From Candidatus Latescibacterota bacterium (lineage in GTDB: Bacteria > Latescibacterota > UBA2968), in assembly GCA_965208125.1 (NCBI GenBank), contig OZ242320.1:2240001-2304000 (forward strand): a DNA stretch of 64,000 nucleotides. The letters run 5' to 3'. Positions 29,901 to 38,402 of this stretch are shown here, piece by piece (within the stretch, counting starts at the first letter, position 1; the number at the start of each line of letters is the position of its first letter). Position numbers and translations under genes: made by a program. The notes beneath the pieces are model-generated. The model worked only from the letters and a program-made list of their open reading frames with translations. It was not told the origin of the DNA and did no database searches.

Positions 29901-31767
29901 CCTTGGCAAGCGCATGGTTCACGCCAAGTCGGAAATGGCTATTGATGCCACTACAATTACGGTTCAACATCTGGATGCTGCTGATGCAGAAGTATTCAAT
30001 GGCTCAATAGGAGGTCTCTACGTTGATGCGGCTGATTTCGACGAGTTTAAGGTGACCGCTATGCAAGGTGGCGTCGAGGTGGATGATCTCAATCCGGGAG
30101 CATTCGATCTTACGATAGTCCCGACTGACGAGTTTGGCAACGCCTCAACGAAGGCTTTTACGAAGCCTCTAAATGCAGCATTAACTGTCCAAGACTCCTT
30201 GAATTTGTTGGATAACAGGGTGTCAATAAATGCGACAAAAAATAGCACCGTTGAGTTCGATACCATTCCTGTTGATTTTCGTTCCCTTCCTGCTTATGAT
30301 GATCTCAGTTTGGGCTGGGACTTCTCGAAGGATGGTGATACTTTTTCTCTTAATGCTCCTGCAGATAGAACGAGGGTGACGATTACGATCTCTATAGTGG
30401 ATGATGATTTGGAGCCATCCAATGAACGCACTGCAGATATCAGAACTCAAAGAGAGAATTTCTCCATTGTTGCGCCTTTGATGCCTATGCTTACGCTCTG
30501 GGGGCCAAATGGTGAAGATTGGACAAACGAAACAGAGATCACGGTTCCCGCTGATGCTGCTGAAGGATCAATGATAACAGTTCTGGCACAAGGTTATAAA
30601 GATGGCAGTACGGTTACCTTTAGCGACGGGACAGAGGCGACAGCAGATAGCGATGGTAATGCGTCTCTGATGCTGCCTTTTGAGGCAGGCACTGTGACGG
30701 TGTCCGCTACCGCTATGATTAGTGGTCGTACAGTTGATGCGCCAGAAATGACTTGGACGTTTGTCGATGAGCCTGATGAGCCGATGCGTATGGCGCACTG
30801 GGCAGACGCGGAAATGACAGATCCCGTCTATCTCGTCTATGATCCGGAGACTGGACCGTCAGATTACACAGTTGGCTCGGATGATCTCATGGCCATTATC
30901 GCTGTCTATAATCAATCGGCGGATGCCAATATTCAGGCCGATACCAACGACGATGGTATGATTGACCAGGCCGACCTCCTTAACGTGCTCGGTTCCTGGG
31001 GCAAGACGGATATTAACGCTCCGGCGTCTAAGCCTATCGTTTTGCTGCCTGGCGTGAATGAGAATGCAGAGTTCTCGATCAGTCTGGGTAGTGAGCGCGT
31101 GGTCGCTGGCGAGTTGGTGGCTGTAGATGTTTCGCTTGCCAATGTCCAGGCTCTGATAGGGTATGGGTTCGCGCTCAATTACGATGCTACGAAGTTTGAG
31201 TTCGTGAGTGTTGCGCCTGCCGATGAGGATTTGCTCAAGTCAACAGGTGGCGAGACGGTGTTCCATCACATTGTTGCCGACGGTCAGATTGAAGTTGCCA
31301 CGGGTATGTATAATGGCACGGCAATTTCCGGCGGTGGCGACGCTGTTCGGTTTGTCTTCCGCGTGTTGTACGAGTTTGAGGATAACGCCAGGTTTGAAAT
31401 TGCCAACGGTCTGGTCTTTGATCCGAGTCAGCTTCAGAACCCGGCGGTGGTCGCAGGTGTGCTGGAACTCCAGAGCACGCCCAGAGAGTTCGCTTTGCAC
31501 CAGAATTTCCCCAATCCATTTAACCCGGATACGACCATTAAGTACGATTTGGCCGAGTCTGCCGACATAACACTCCAGATTTACAATGTGTTGGGTCAGG
31601 TGGTTCGGACGCTGGTCGCTTCTGAGGCGCAGAATGCGGGTCGCTATCAGATTCGCTGGAACGGTATGGATGATCGCGGAGTGCCGGTTTCGAGTGGGGT
31701 TTATTTCTACCAGATTTCGGCAGAAGGGAAGTTCCAACAGGTGCAGAAGCTGATGCTGCTCAAGTAA
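26947..31767 (+). CDS. Secreted 1606-aa Ig-like protein with dockerin-like, cohesin-like and T9SS/FlgD-Ig C-terminal domains
   Basis: Signal peptide; D.AGN Ig motifs; ADTNDDGMIDQADL; cohesin-like VDVSLANVQAL.GYGF.L.YD; QNFPNPFNP...SGVYFY...KLMLLK. Confidence 0.85.
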   Translation: MNFHKTIGFLAALLLMVGLGAPDSFAQDVPGTMTVTFNETSADAEAEGTTNPDSVKVRVTLNPAPDAALTVTVALSVTSNATTGPYSITEMDLLTARASVDVVVDESGTGESAAGVFVARTVTDADDPPFYGLARLNANAPEQTGVQAGTSTYSYATYTASIPIKDVQRTPSSSKSITLEVRGDPIPSLNANDAGTQEVPLTVTLAQAPGAVDGTNVTVTVNISGILVATNGSETVITATAVTVEGDETTEATPSAAITLPTNSGEGTLIVYAGADGYRTDEIEIPVIGRSAEDVQGFRVVIASPGHEDWVGIGDEVEVHVMRVSRHAYDWTRFTSIAVSLSDTTDADAAEGHQPTFLSAFFVDDTNQNAGDPTIAPSVTVENLNAARDGTIETNNEDVSYDRATDKLVFKIELMEDEKSTVSADDFKGVYAAAIFMSAGDGTTALLDTLNSNDTKKNVFTSMSLLNGVPQANRKVGDGKLIQVDVVRPADSDEFDASSLTVNVNGDPATRTTKVKIGDEIEAELAVSGSVRFRDENIRLAIIPVDAAAANGRDKTFASATYDADDISDASGRSLGISLDVAAGTFKLQARTGAVNQRGFNRDTGKRLKASDMFEVDGLPIVARINTIDQAGNVSATGVSSVAFTGDSRKPKISVIHPAAGDHFSAIYENTRDLEDYDEFLMPLVVRVDEDGLDSLYVFAKGADAYADRVNLNSSISDRVGAASANTVGDTLAYNTSALVYPEDLAEDADERMKLIGGAGITLMVVAKDASGNVTEEAIAATHDENPPKITAWFPKRSLLEAEDDGSYLINATTRHPTLTLPEAVDSISVSYESRGDAPVVETVSGMRAKGDRAITITTDLMDGRTYTLRIFTRDLAGNVAISGEEELTFSSSFANPMANAFKVTNKTQKIGKNASTGVIAGQAFVLEIMAIDGSGAKDRNVYTYKNDMASEVRISASSPSVRFSGGGVADNGDGTATLDADGWNLGKRMVHAKSEMAIDATTITVQHLDAADAEVFNGSIGGLYVDAADFDEFKVTAMQGGVEVDDLNPGAFDLTIVPTDEFGNASTKAFTKPLNAALTVQDSLNLLDNRVSINATKNSTVEFDTIPVDFRSLPAYDDLSLGWDFSKDGDTFSLNAPADRTRVTITISIVDDDLEPSNERTADIRTQRENFSIVAPLMPMLTLWGPNGEDWTNETEITVPADAAEGSMITVLAQGYKDGSTVTFSDGTEATADSDGNASLMLPFEAGTVTVSATAMISGRTVDAPEMTWTFVDEPDEPMRMAHWADAEMTDPVYLVYDPETGPSDYTVGSDDLMAIIAVYNQSADANIQADTNDDGMIDQADLLNVLGSWGKTDINAPASKPIVLLPGVNENAEFSISLGSERVVAGELVAVDVSLANVQALIGYGFALNYDATKFEFVSVAPADEDLLKSTGGETVFHHIVADGQIEVATGMYNGTAISGGGDAVRFVFRVLYEFEDNARFEIANGLVFDPSQLQNPAVVAGVLELQSTPREFALHQNFPNPFNPDTTIKYDLAESADITLQIYNVLGQVVRTLVASEAQNAGRYQIRWNGMDDRGVPVSSGVYFYQISAEGKFQQVQKLMLLK

Positions 31768-31774
31768 TTCGCCG

Positions 31775-31825
31775 ATGGAATCGGAAAGTAGGGGCGAAAA
31801 ATTTTTCGCCCCTACCCGATTCCAT
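31775..31825. repeat. REP hairpin within a larger inverted repeat
   Basis: atggaatcgg..gtaggggcgaaaaatttttcgcccctac..ccgattccat. Confidence 0.8.
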
Positions 31826-31845
31826 TTTCAATAGAGGAGTTTGTA

Positions 31846-34800
31846 ATGTTTTTGAAAAAAAGTCTTTTGTTTACGACTGCTTTGGCATTGCTGTTGTTTG
31901 CAGGACAGGCTTCTGCGCAGGGTGTGTCGTTCAAACATGTTCCTGGTGAGGGTGGCACCGCAAACGCGGTCTCTGGATCAGCGGGTACGACCTTTGTTGT
32001 CGAATTGTCCATAACGGGTATTCCCATTCCTCCTTTGCAGAGTTATGCTGCTGAACTTGTTTTTGATGAGACTCTTTTAGGGGTTACATCAGCTGTAAAT
32101 GGCAATGGGGATGATCTTACTGGCTTGGGCACCGTAATTGGTAACCCTAAGTTTTTATCCTGGACAAATAGGGGGGATGTTAATAATCCACCGCCCGCGC
32201 CCGCAGTGTTGGCGACGGTTACGTTTACCACAAAAAAAGATATAGCAGCGGATGATATGTTTTCCGTTGGTATTGATCCTGCGAGTATTGTGGCCTCAGG
32301 TCTTGATGAGGCTACATTAGCTGTTGTCAGGGCTGGCGTGCCAGGTGCTATCATGTTTAATGAGGCGGTTGATCCGCCAGATCCGCCAGATCCGCCAGAT
32401 CCACCAGATCCGCCAGATCCACCAGAGCCACCACCGATTGATATTGGTGATGGGATGGTTTCTCTGACGAGTGGTGGTGCAAGCATAGTGCGCGGTGTTG
32501 AAGCAGGGGGGACTGTAGAAGTCGATGTCGCTATTGGTGGAATGACAGGGGCTTATGGTGGTAATATGGTCTTTCGTGTTACGCCTCCTGTGGCGTCGAT
32601 CTCAAATGTGGCTCCTGCCGATGGTTTGCTCTTGGTCGAACAATCAGGTATGAGTGTCACGCTTGCGGGGCCACCGATGGACCGCGGCAGTTTTGCCACT
32701 GTGACGTTTACGGCAAGTGCTGGTGGCGAGTTTGTCATTAGCCTCGATTCGTTTGATGTGTTTACGACGCCAGATGCGGATAAAGAAGCTGCGAATGTTT
32801 CTCTTGCGCGTTTGGCGGTCAACAGGCCGCTTCCCACGCTGATGGGACCAGATAGCGATGTGATGATTATGCCTGGTGGCTCGGCAACGGCGATGGTGAC
32901 TGCGGATGGATTTGTTGGTCCTGTTACCTTTGATGGCGCCGAAGCGGATGGTTCTGTGACGGCGAGTGCGCCTGGTGAAGTGATGGTGACAGCTACCGAT
33001 GGTATAGATCCACACGCACCTTCTGTGACGATTAATTTTGTGTGGGGTCCGCTTACGCTGACGGCGAGTGATCCCGATCCAGTGAAGCCTGGTGGTAGTA
33101 GTTCGTCGATGTTGACAGTTGAAGGTCAGGCCGATGGCGCAACGGTTGTGATTACCTCGAGCAACGACGCTGTGACGATCAGTGATGATGGTACGATGGC
33201 GAGCGCGAGTGGTCCTGCTGAGGCGACGTTGACGGCCACAGTTGGCGATGCACCGCCAGCGACTGCTGATGTTGCGTTTGTGTGGGGTCCGCTTACGCTG
33301 AGTGCGAGTGATCCCGATCCAGTGAAGCCTGGTGGTAGTAGTTCGTCGATGTTGACAGTTGAAGGTCAGGCCGATGGCGCAACGGTTGTGATTACCTCGA
33401 GCAACGACGCTGTGACGATCAGTGATGATGGTACGATGGCGAGCGCGAGTGGTCCTGCTGAGGCGACGTTGACGGCCACAGTTGGCGATGCACCGCCAGC
33501 GACTGCTGATGTTGCGTTTGTGTGGGGTCCGCTTACGCTGAGTGCGAGTGATCCCGATCCAGTGAAGCCTGGTGGTAGTAGTTCGTCGATGTTGACAGTT
33601 GAAGGTCAGGCCGATGGCGCAACGGTTGTGATTACCTCGAGCAACGACGCTGTGACGATCAGTGATGATGGTACGATGGCGAGCGCGAGTGGTCCTGCTG
33701 AGGCGACGTTGACGGCCACAGTTGGCGATGCACCCCCAGCGACTGCTGATGTTGCGTTTGTGTGGGGTGAGCTTACGCTGGAGGGACCCGCAGAGGTCAT
33801 CATTGGTCCTGATGGTGGAATGGCGACTGTGACGGTGACTGGTCAGGCCGATGGCGTAGATGCCGTGGTTACCTCAGACAACGATGCTGTGATGGTGGAT
33901 GGTTATACGGTATCGGCGAGTGTTGCTGCTTCGGCGACGTTGACGGCCACAGTTGGTGATGCGCCACCATCCAATTCTATTTCGATTAAGTTTAATCCGT
34001 CTCTGCAGACAGATATGGCAGAGATGACGATTCCTCGCGGTGAATCGGCTATGGCGATGATTACGACTGCCGGTTTTCCCGCAGGTGCGGACGTTAAATT
34101 TACTGTTACTGCCGATACTGATGTTCAGTCTTCAGATGATGGTTCAACCTTGACGCTGACATCTAACGTTGCCGGTGATGTGACAGTGGTAGCTACCGAT
34201 GGAACAGATACTACTGCTCCGCTCACGATTACATTTTTGCCAACACCTCCTGAATTGGTTTCAAATGTCGCTGATAATATGGCTTCAATTCCAGTAGGTG
34301 GCAGTGCTGCGGTGGTTGTGACGGCATTGGATTTTGGTGAAGGGATTTCCTTTGAGACAGAAGTAAATAGCCGATCAGGTACGGAAGGTGTCGCTACGGT
34401 TGACACGAAGCGAGATGGTGCCAATCTGGAATTGACGGCAAGTGGTATCGGTGGTGCTATTGTAACTGTGACAGCCAATGATGGCACGAATACGGCCAGT
34501 ATAGATATCGAGTTTGTGCCAGAAGATCTTACACTTGCGGCGGGTAAGAGTGAAGTTATGGTTCCCGTTGATGGCACTGGTTCTACGACGGTGACGGTGA
34601 GTGGTCAAGCCAATGACGACGATGTCGTGTTTACAGATGCCGACGGTAATGAGTTGGGCACAGGTTCGACGTTGACGTTGACGAGGGATGGTGCAGCCAC
34701 GGTGACCGTGACGGCAACAGTTAATGGCGTTTCATCCGAGCCCATCACTGTTGTATTTACGGATGGACAACTCGCACTTGTGATAGATAACGAAGAAGTT

Positions 34801-37800
34801 ACAGTTGCTCCCGGTGGTACTGGGATGGCGACTGCGTCGTTGATGAATCTTGCCGAGGGCGACGAGGCTTCCTTTACCGTAGAAACAACCGAAGGGGTTA
34901 CAGCAGAGGTAGGTGACACTGCTGTGACGTTGTCATCAAGTGGTGAAGGCTCGGCGACTGTGACAGCAATGGTTAATGGTCTTACGACTGGTTCTGTTTC
35001 TGTTGCGTTTGCACTGGGCGATCTTACGGTGGCACTGGCAGAAGGTTCTGAAGCTGCGAATACCGTGCTTCCCGGTGGCAGTGCATCTGCGTCGGTGATG
35101 GCGAGTGGTCAGGCCGAAGGCGCCGAGGTCGTGTTTGCCCTTGATGAAGGTTCAGAAGGTGCGACGATAGACGGTGCGACGGTATCTGCGGAAGGCGCAG
35201 GCACAGCGATTGTGTCGGCGTGGGTTGGTGATATTGGCTCCGCTAATACTGTTACGATCGAGTTTGCACAAGGTGCGCTTACGCTGGCTGGAGATACTGA
35301 GGCCTATATTCCTTATGGCGGCAGTGGTTCTGCGATGTTGACAGCGAGTGGTCAAGCCGAGGGTGCCGAGGTCATGTTTGCCGTAGAAGGCGAAGGCGTG
35401 ATGTCTGAGTCTGACGGTGCGACCGTGACGGTGTCCGCAAGTGCGCCTGCCACGGCGATGGTGACGGCATCAGTTGGCGATGTTATGTCCAATACTGTTG
35501 AAGTTGCCTTTATGGATGCGCCGCCTGAACTGCGCACAGAGACGCCTACAGTGACATTTGCCGATTTTGGTGAAACAGGTGTAGCGACAGTAACGGCTGT
35601 CGGTTTTCCCGAAGATGCCACGATCATGTTCAGGATTACAGGTGGTGCCGGGTTTGCAACGTCAGATGGTGCTGCATCCTGGACGGTATCGACGGATAAG
35701 GCCGGTGTTGTGACGTTGGAGGCCACCGACGGTACGAGTACGACACCTGAGTTGACGATTACATTTTTGAATCCAGATCCTTATCTGACCGCAGATCCGG
35801 AGGGTGCTGATGTTATTATTCCGGATGGTGGAGAGGTGATGGTTGCAGTTACAGCGACTGGTCTGGGTGACGGTATTAGTTGGACTGCCAGTGAAGTAAC
35901 CGGTACAGCTACGGTTAATATTGATACTGATGGTGCGACTGCGATGTTGACCGCGGTGGATTCTGATGATATATCTCAGACCTCTACGGTGACGTTGATC
36001 GCCTCTGATGGTACGCTGATGACTGCTCCGCTTACTGTTACTTTCAGGAAGATGCCCGAGCTTGCACCAGAGATGGTGGATGTCACGGTTCCTCAGACTG
36101 TGGTTGGCAGTAATTCGCAAATGGTAGTGGCCAATGGCTTTCCTCCCGGTACTGAGATTACGTTTAATGTCGAGGTGACGAGTGGTTTGGAAAGTTATCT
36201 CTCTCAGTCGGCAGACGGCAATGTGCTGACGCTGACGGCTACTGGTACGGTAACAGTGTCGGTGACGGCTACTGGCGCGGGCGTTACGACGGCTGCGGTT
36301 GAGGTGTCGTTTATGCAGGCACTGCCCGATGCTCCTTCCAGTGTGGTTGTGCAGGATAATCCTGGGGATAACGGCCATTATGTGATGGTGAGTTTTGCCA
36401 ATTCGGCAAATCACGCTGATGTGAGTCAGTATCGCGTTTATCGCGAGATGATGACGAATACCACGCTGGATGCCGACGGCAATGTGGTGACGACAGATAC
36501 GCCAGTTGCGACGTGGGTCCCCTGGGCTGTTATTGACGCGATGGACAATGATGATGAAGAAGGTATGACGCGAGCCGTTGTTCCGGTGACAGATAATAAT
36601 GCGACGCGCTGGGGCGTTGCTGCCGAGAAGGGTATGGCTTCGGCAGAGATTACGCCTTCTGGCAAGCGCGTGTTCTCCAAGGAGAGCGTGCAGGCGATCG
36701 TTCAGCTTCTGGGTGTCGATCCCAATCTGGTTGTGACCGAGAATGAGCTTGCCGAGATGTTGATGCCTTCTGCCGATTATATCCAGTCGATTATTGGTGA
36801 TCGGAAGAATGTGGTGTTTGCGGCACTGGATCCCGATTTGAGTGTTCTCATCGGCGATGTGACCGTTCCGCAGAATATCCGCACAGATGGACATCTTGGT
36901 CCCATTGTTTCGTCTGAAATTACGCCTACGGATGGTATGGTGGCTGCAGTAGATGATACAGCGCCTGCTGCTGTGAGCGATGTTACTGGCGATCCAGATA
37001 CCGGGCTTATTACCTGGACGGTGTCCGCCGATGATGGCGGCATGGATGCTGTGATGTATCGCGGCCATGCGATTATGATTCCGCATTTGGTGGGTTATAA
37101 GGTTATGGCTGGTATCACCCCAGATGAGATGACGATTGATGTCACGCAACTGGTTCTTCCCGAAACAGGGGTTCTTCCCCCTGGTACGGGTAGTTTGCAA
37201 GTTCCCCGAGTATTGATCGAGGGGCTGATTAATCAGGGTTTGCCCGCGGTGTTTGTGACCGTGGTTGCGATGGACGGTACGAATATGACGCCGAGTGTGC
37301 CGCTGATGGTTGAGCTTGCACCGAAGCGCAAGGCGTTTGTGGATGCCGATGGCAATCCGGTTTATATTATCAAACTCGACGGGGATTTGATGGTCGGCTT
37401 AGACGACTTTATAGCCTTTGTGATGGCGTATAATACCAGCGAGGCTACCTCGTCGCGCGAGGACTGGAGAGTCTTTATTCAGTCTGACCTGAATGACGAT
37501 ACGGTGGTTGATTTCGCCGACTTTATCCTGTTCTTTGGCACGTATGGCAAAACAGCAGTCGGTCCTTCTGGCAAGTCTCTGATTCCGCCTCCCGGCGTGA
37601 ATGAGAATGCCGAATTCTTGTTGCGTTTGGGCAGTGATCGCGTGGTGTCTGGCGAGACGATGTTTGTGGATGTGTCTCTGGCCAATGTGCAAGCTCTGAT
37701 GGGTTATGGGTTTGTGCTGCACTACGATGCCGAGATTTTTGAGTTTGTAGAAGCGATGCCAGCTGCTGAGGATCTGCTGATGTCTTCAGGTGGCGAGACG

Positions 37801-38310
37801 CCGCTGTTCAATAGCTTGTCGCCTGAGGCCGGGCAGGTTCACGTTATGAATGCGATTGTGAACGGCTCGGAGGTTTCCGGCGGTGGCGATATTGTTCGGT
37901 TGGTGTTCCGCGTGTTGCGCAATTTTGAAGATAATGCGCGGTTTGAGATTGCCGACGGTCTGGTTTTCGACCCGAGTCAACTCGCCAATCCACTGGCTGG
38001 CGGTGTGCTGGATATCCAGACGACGCCTACAGAGTTTGCACTGCTCCAGAATTTCCCCAATCCATTTAACCCCGAGACGACGATCAGTTATGAATTGGCC
38101 GAGTCTGCCGATGTGACGCTCCAGATTTACAATGTGGTGGGTCAGGTGGTTCGGACGCTTATAGCTGCTGAATCGCATTCGGTCGGTCGTTATCAAGTCC
38201 GTTGGGACGGTATGGACGATCGCGGGATGCCGGTTTCGAGTGGGATTTATTTCTACCAGATTTCGGCAGGGAAGTTCCAGGATGTGCGGAAGCTGATGCT
38301 GCTCAAGTAA
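31846..38310 (+). CDS. Secreted 2154-aa multi-Ig protein with cohesin-like domains, a dockerin-like module and T9SS/FlgD-Ig C-terminus
   Basis: Signal peptide; N-terminal cohesin-like domain; (DPP)n linker; ~80-aa Ig repeats; SDLNDDTVVDFADF; C-terminus like 26947..31767. Confidence 0.85.
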   Translation: MFLKKSLLFTTALALLLFAGQASAQGVSFKHVPGEGGTANAVSGSAGTTFVVELSITGIPIPPLQSYAAELVFDETLLGVTSAVNGNGDDLTGLGTVIGNPKFLSWTNRGDVNNPPPAPAVLATVTFTTKKDIAADDMFSVGIDPASIVASGLDEATLAVVRAGVPGAIMFNEAVDPPDPPDPPDPPDPPDPPEPPPIDIGDGMVSLTSGGASIVRGVEAGGTVEVDVAIGGMTGAYGGNMVFRVTPPVASISNVAPADGLLLVEQSGMSVTLAGPPMDRGSFATVTFTASAGGEFVISLDSFDVFTTPDADKEAANVSLARLAVNRPLPTLMGPDSDVMIMPGGSATAMVTADGFVGPVTFDGAEADGSVTASAPGEVMVTATDGIDPHAPSVTINFVWGPLTLTASDPDPVKPGGSSSSMLTVEGQADGATVVITSSNDAVTISDDGTMASASGPAEATLTATVGDAPPATADVAFVWGPLTLSASDPDPVKPGGSSSSMLTVEGQADGATVVITSSNDAVTISDDGTMASASGPAEATLTATVGDAPPATADVAFVWGPLTLSASDPDPVKPGGSSSSMLTVEGQADGATVVITSSNDAVTISDDGTMASASGPAEATLTATVGDAPPATADVAFVWGELTLEGPAEVIIGPDGGMATVTVTGQADGVDAVVTSDNDAVMVDGYTVSASVAASATLTATVGDAPPSNSISIKFNPSLQTDMAEMTIPRGESAMAMITTAGFPAGADVKFTVTADTDVQSSDDGSTLTLTSNVAGDVTVVATDGTDTTAPLTITFLPTPPELVSNVADNMASIPVGGSAAVVVTALDFGEGISFETEVNSRSGTEGVATVDTKRDGANLELTASGIGGAIVTVTANDGTNTASIDIEFVPEDLTLAAGKSEVMVPVDGTGSTTVTVSGQANDDDVVFTDADGNELGTGSTLTLTRDGAATVTVTATVNGVSSEPITVVFTDGQLALVIDNEEVTVAPGGTGMATASLMNLAEGDEASFTVETTEGVTAEVGDTAVTLSSSGEGSATVTAMVNGLTTGSVSVAFALGDLTVALAEGSEAANTVLPGGSASASVMASGQAEGAEVVFALDEGSEGATIDGATVSAEGAGTAIVSAWVGDIGSANTVTIEFAQGALTLAGDTEAYIPYGGSGSAMLTASGQAEGAEVMFAVEGEGVMSESDGATVTVSASAPATAMVTASVGDVMSNTVEVAFMDAPPELRTETPTVTFADFGETGVATVTAVGFPEDATIMFRITGGAGFATSDGAASWTVSTDKAGVVTLEATDGTSTTPELTITFLNPDPYLTADPEGADVIIPDGGEVMVAVTATGLGDGISWTASEVTGTATVNIDTDGATAMLTAVDSDDISQTSTVTLIASDGTLMTAPLTVTFRKMPELAPEMVDVTVPQTVVGSNSQMVVANGFPPGTEITFNVEVTSGLESYLSQSADGNVLTLTATGTVTVSVTATGAGVTTAAVEVSFMQALPDAPSSVVVQDNPGDNGHYVMVSFANSANHADVSQYRVYREMMTNTTLDADGNVVTTDTPVATWVPWAVIDAMDNDDEEGMTRAVVPVTDNNATRWGVAAEKGMASAEITPSGKRVFSKESVQAIVQLLGVDPNLVVTENELAEMLMPSADYIQSIIGDRKNVVFAALDPDLSVLIGDVTVPQNIRTDGHLGPIVSSEITPTDGMVAAVDDTAPAAVSDVTGDPDTGLITWTVSADDGGMDAVMYRGHAIMIPHLVGYKVMAGITPDEMTIDVTQLVLPETGVLPPGTGSLQVPRVLIEGLINQGLPAVFVTVVAMDGTNMTPSVPLMVELAPKRKAFVDADGNPVYIIKLDGDLMVGLDDFIAFVMAYNTSEATSSREDWRVFIQSDLNDDTVVDFADFILFFGTYGKTAVGPSGKSLIPPPGVNENAEFLLRLGSDRVVSGETMFVDVSLANVQALMGYGFVLHYDAEIFEFVEAMPAAEDLLMSSGGETPLFNSLSPEAGQVHVMNAIVNGSEVSGGGDIVRLVFRVLRNFEDNARFEIADGLVFDPSQLANPLAGGVLDIQTTPTEFALLQNFPNPFNPETTISYELAESADVTLQIYNVVGQVVRTLIAAESHSVGRYQVRWDGMDDRGMPVSSGIYFYQISAGKFQDVRKLMLLK
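33037..33767 (+). repeat. Three near-identical 240-bp coding tandem repeats
   Basis: Period of 240 nt (80 aa; FVWGPLTL..PPATADVA), only a few differences between copies. Confidence 0.95.
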
Positions 38311-38402
38311 TTCGTTTTGTAGGGGCGAGGCCTGCCTCGCCCCTACTTGATTTTTCCCCTTAGAACTTACAAGGAGTAGTTTTCAGCGAAGGAGTTTTGC
38401 AA

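Noticed and set aside
35662-37200. Long antisense ORFs (512 aa here; also 10770-11888, 39642-40592, 46373-47326)
   Set aside because: They are shadows of real genes caused by codon bias and show no protein motifs
31050-38310. Diversity-generating retroelement TR/VR pair
   Set aside because: Differences are not adenine-specific, both copies are coding, and no reverse transcriptase is present
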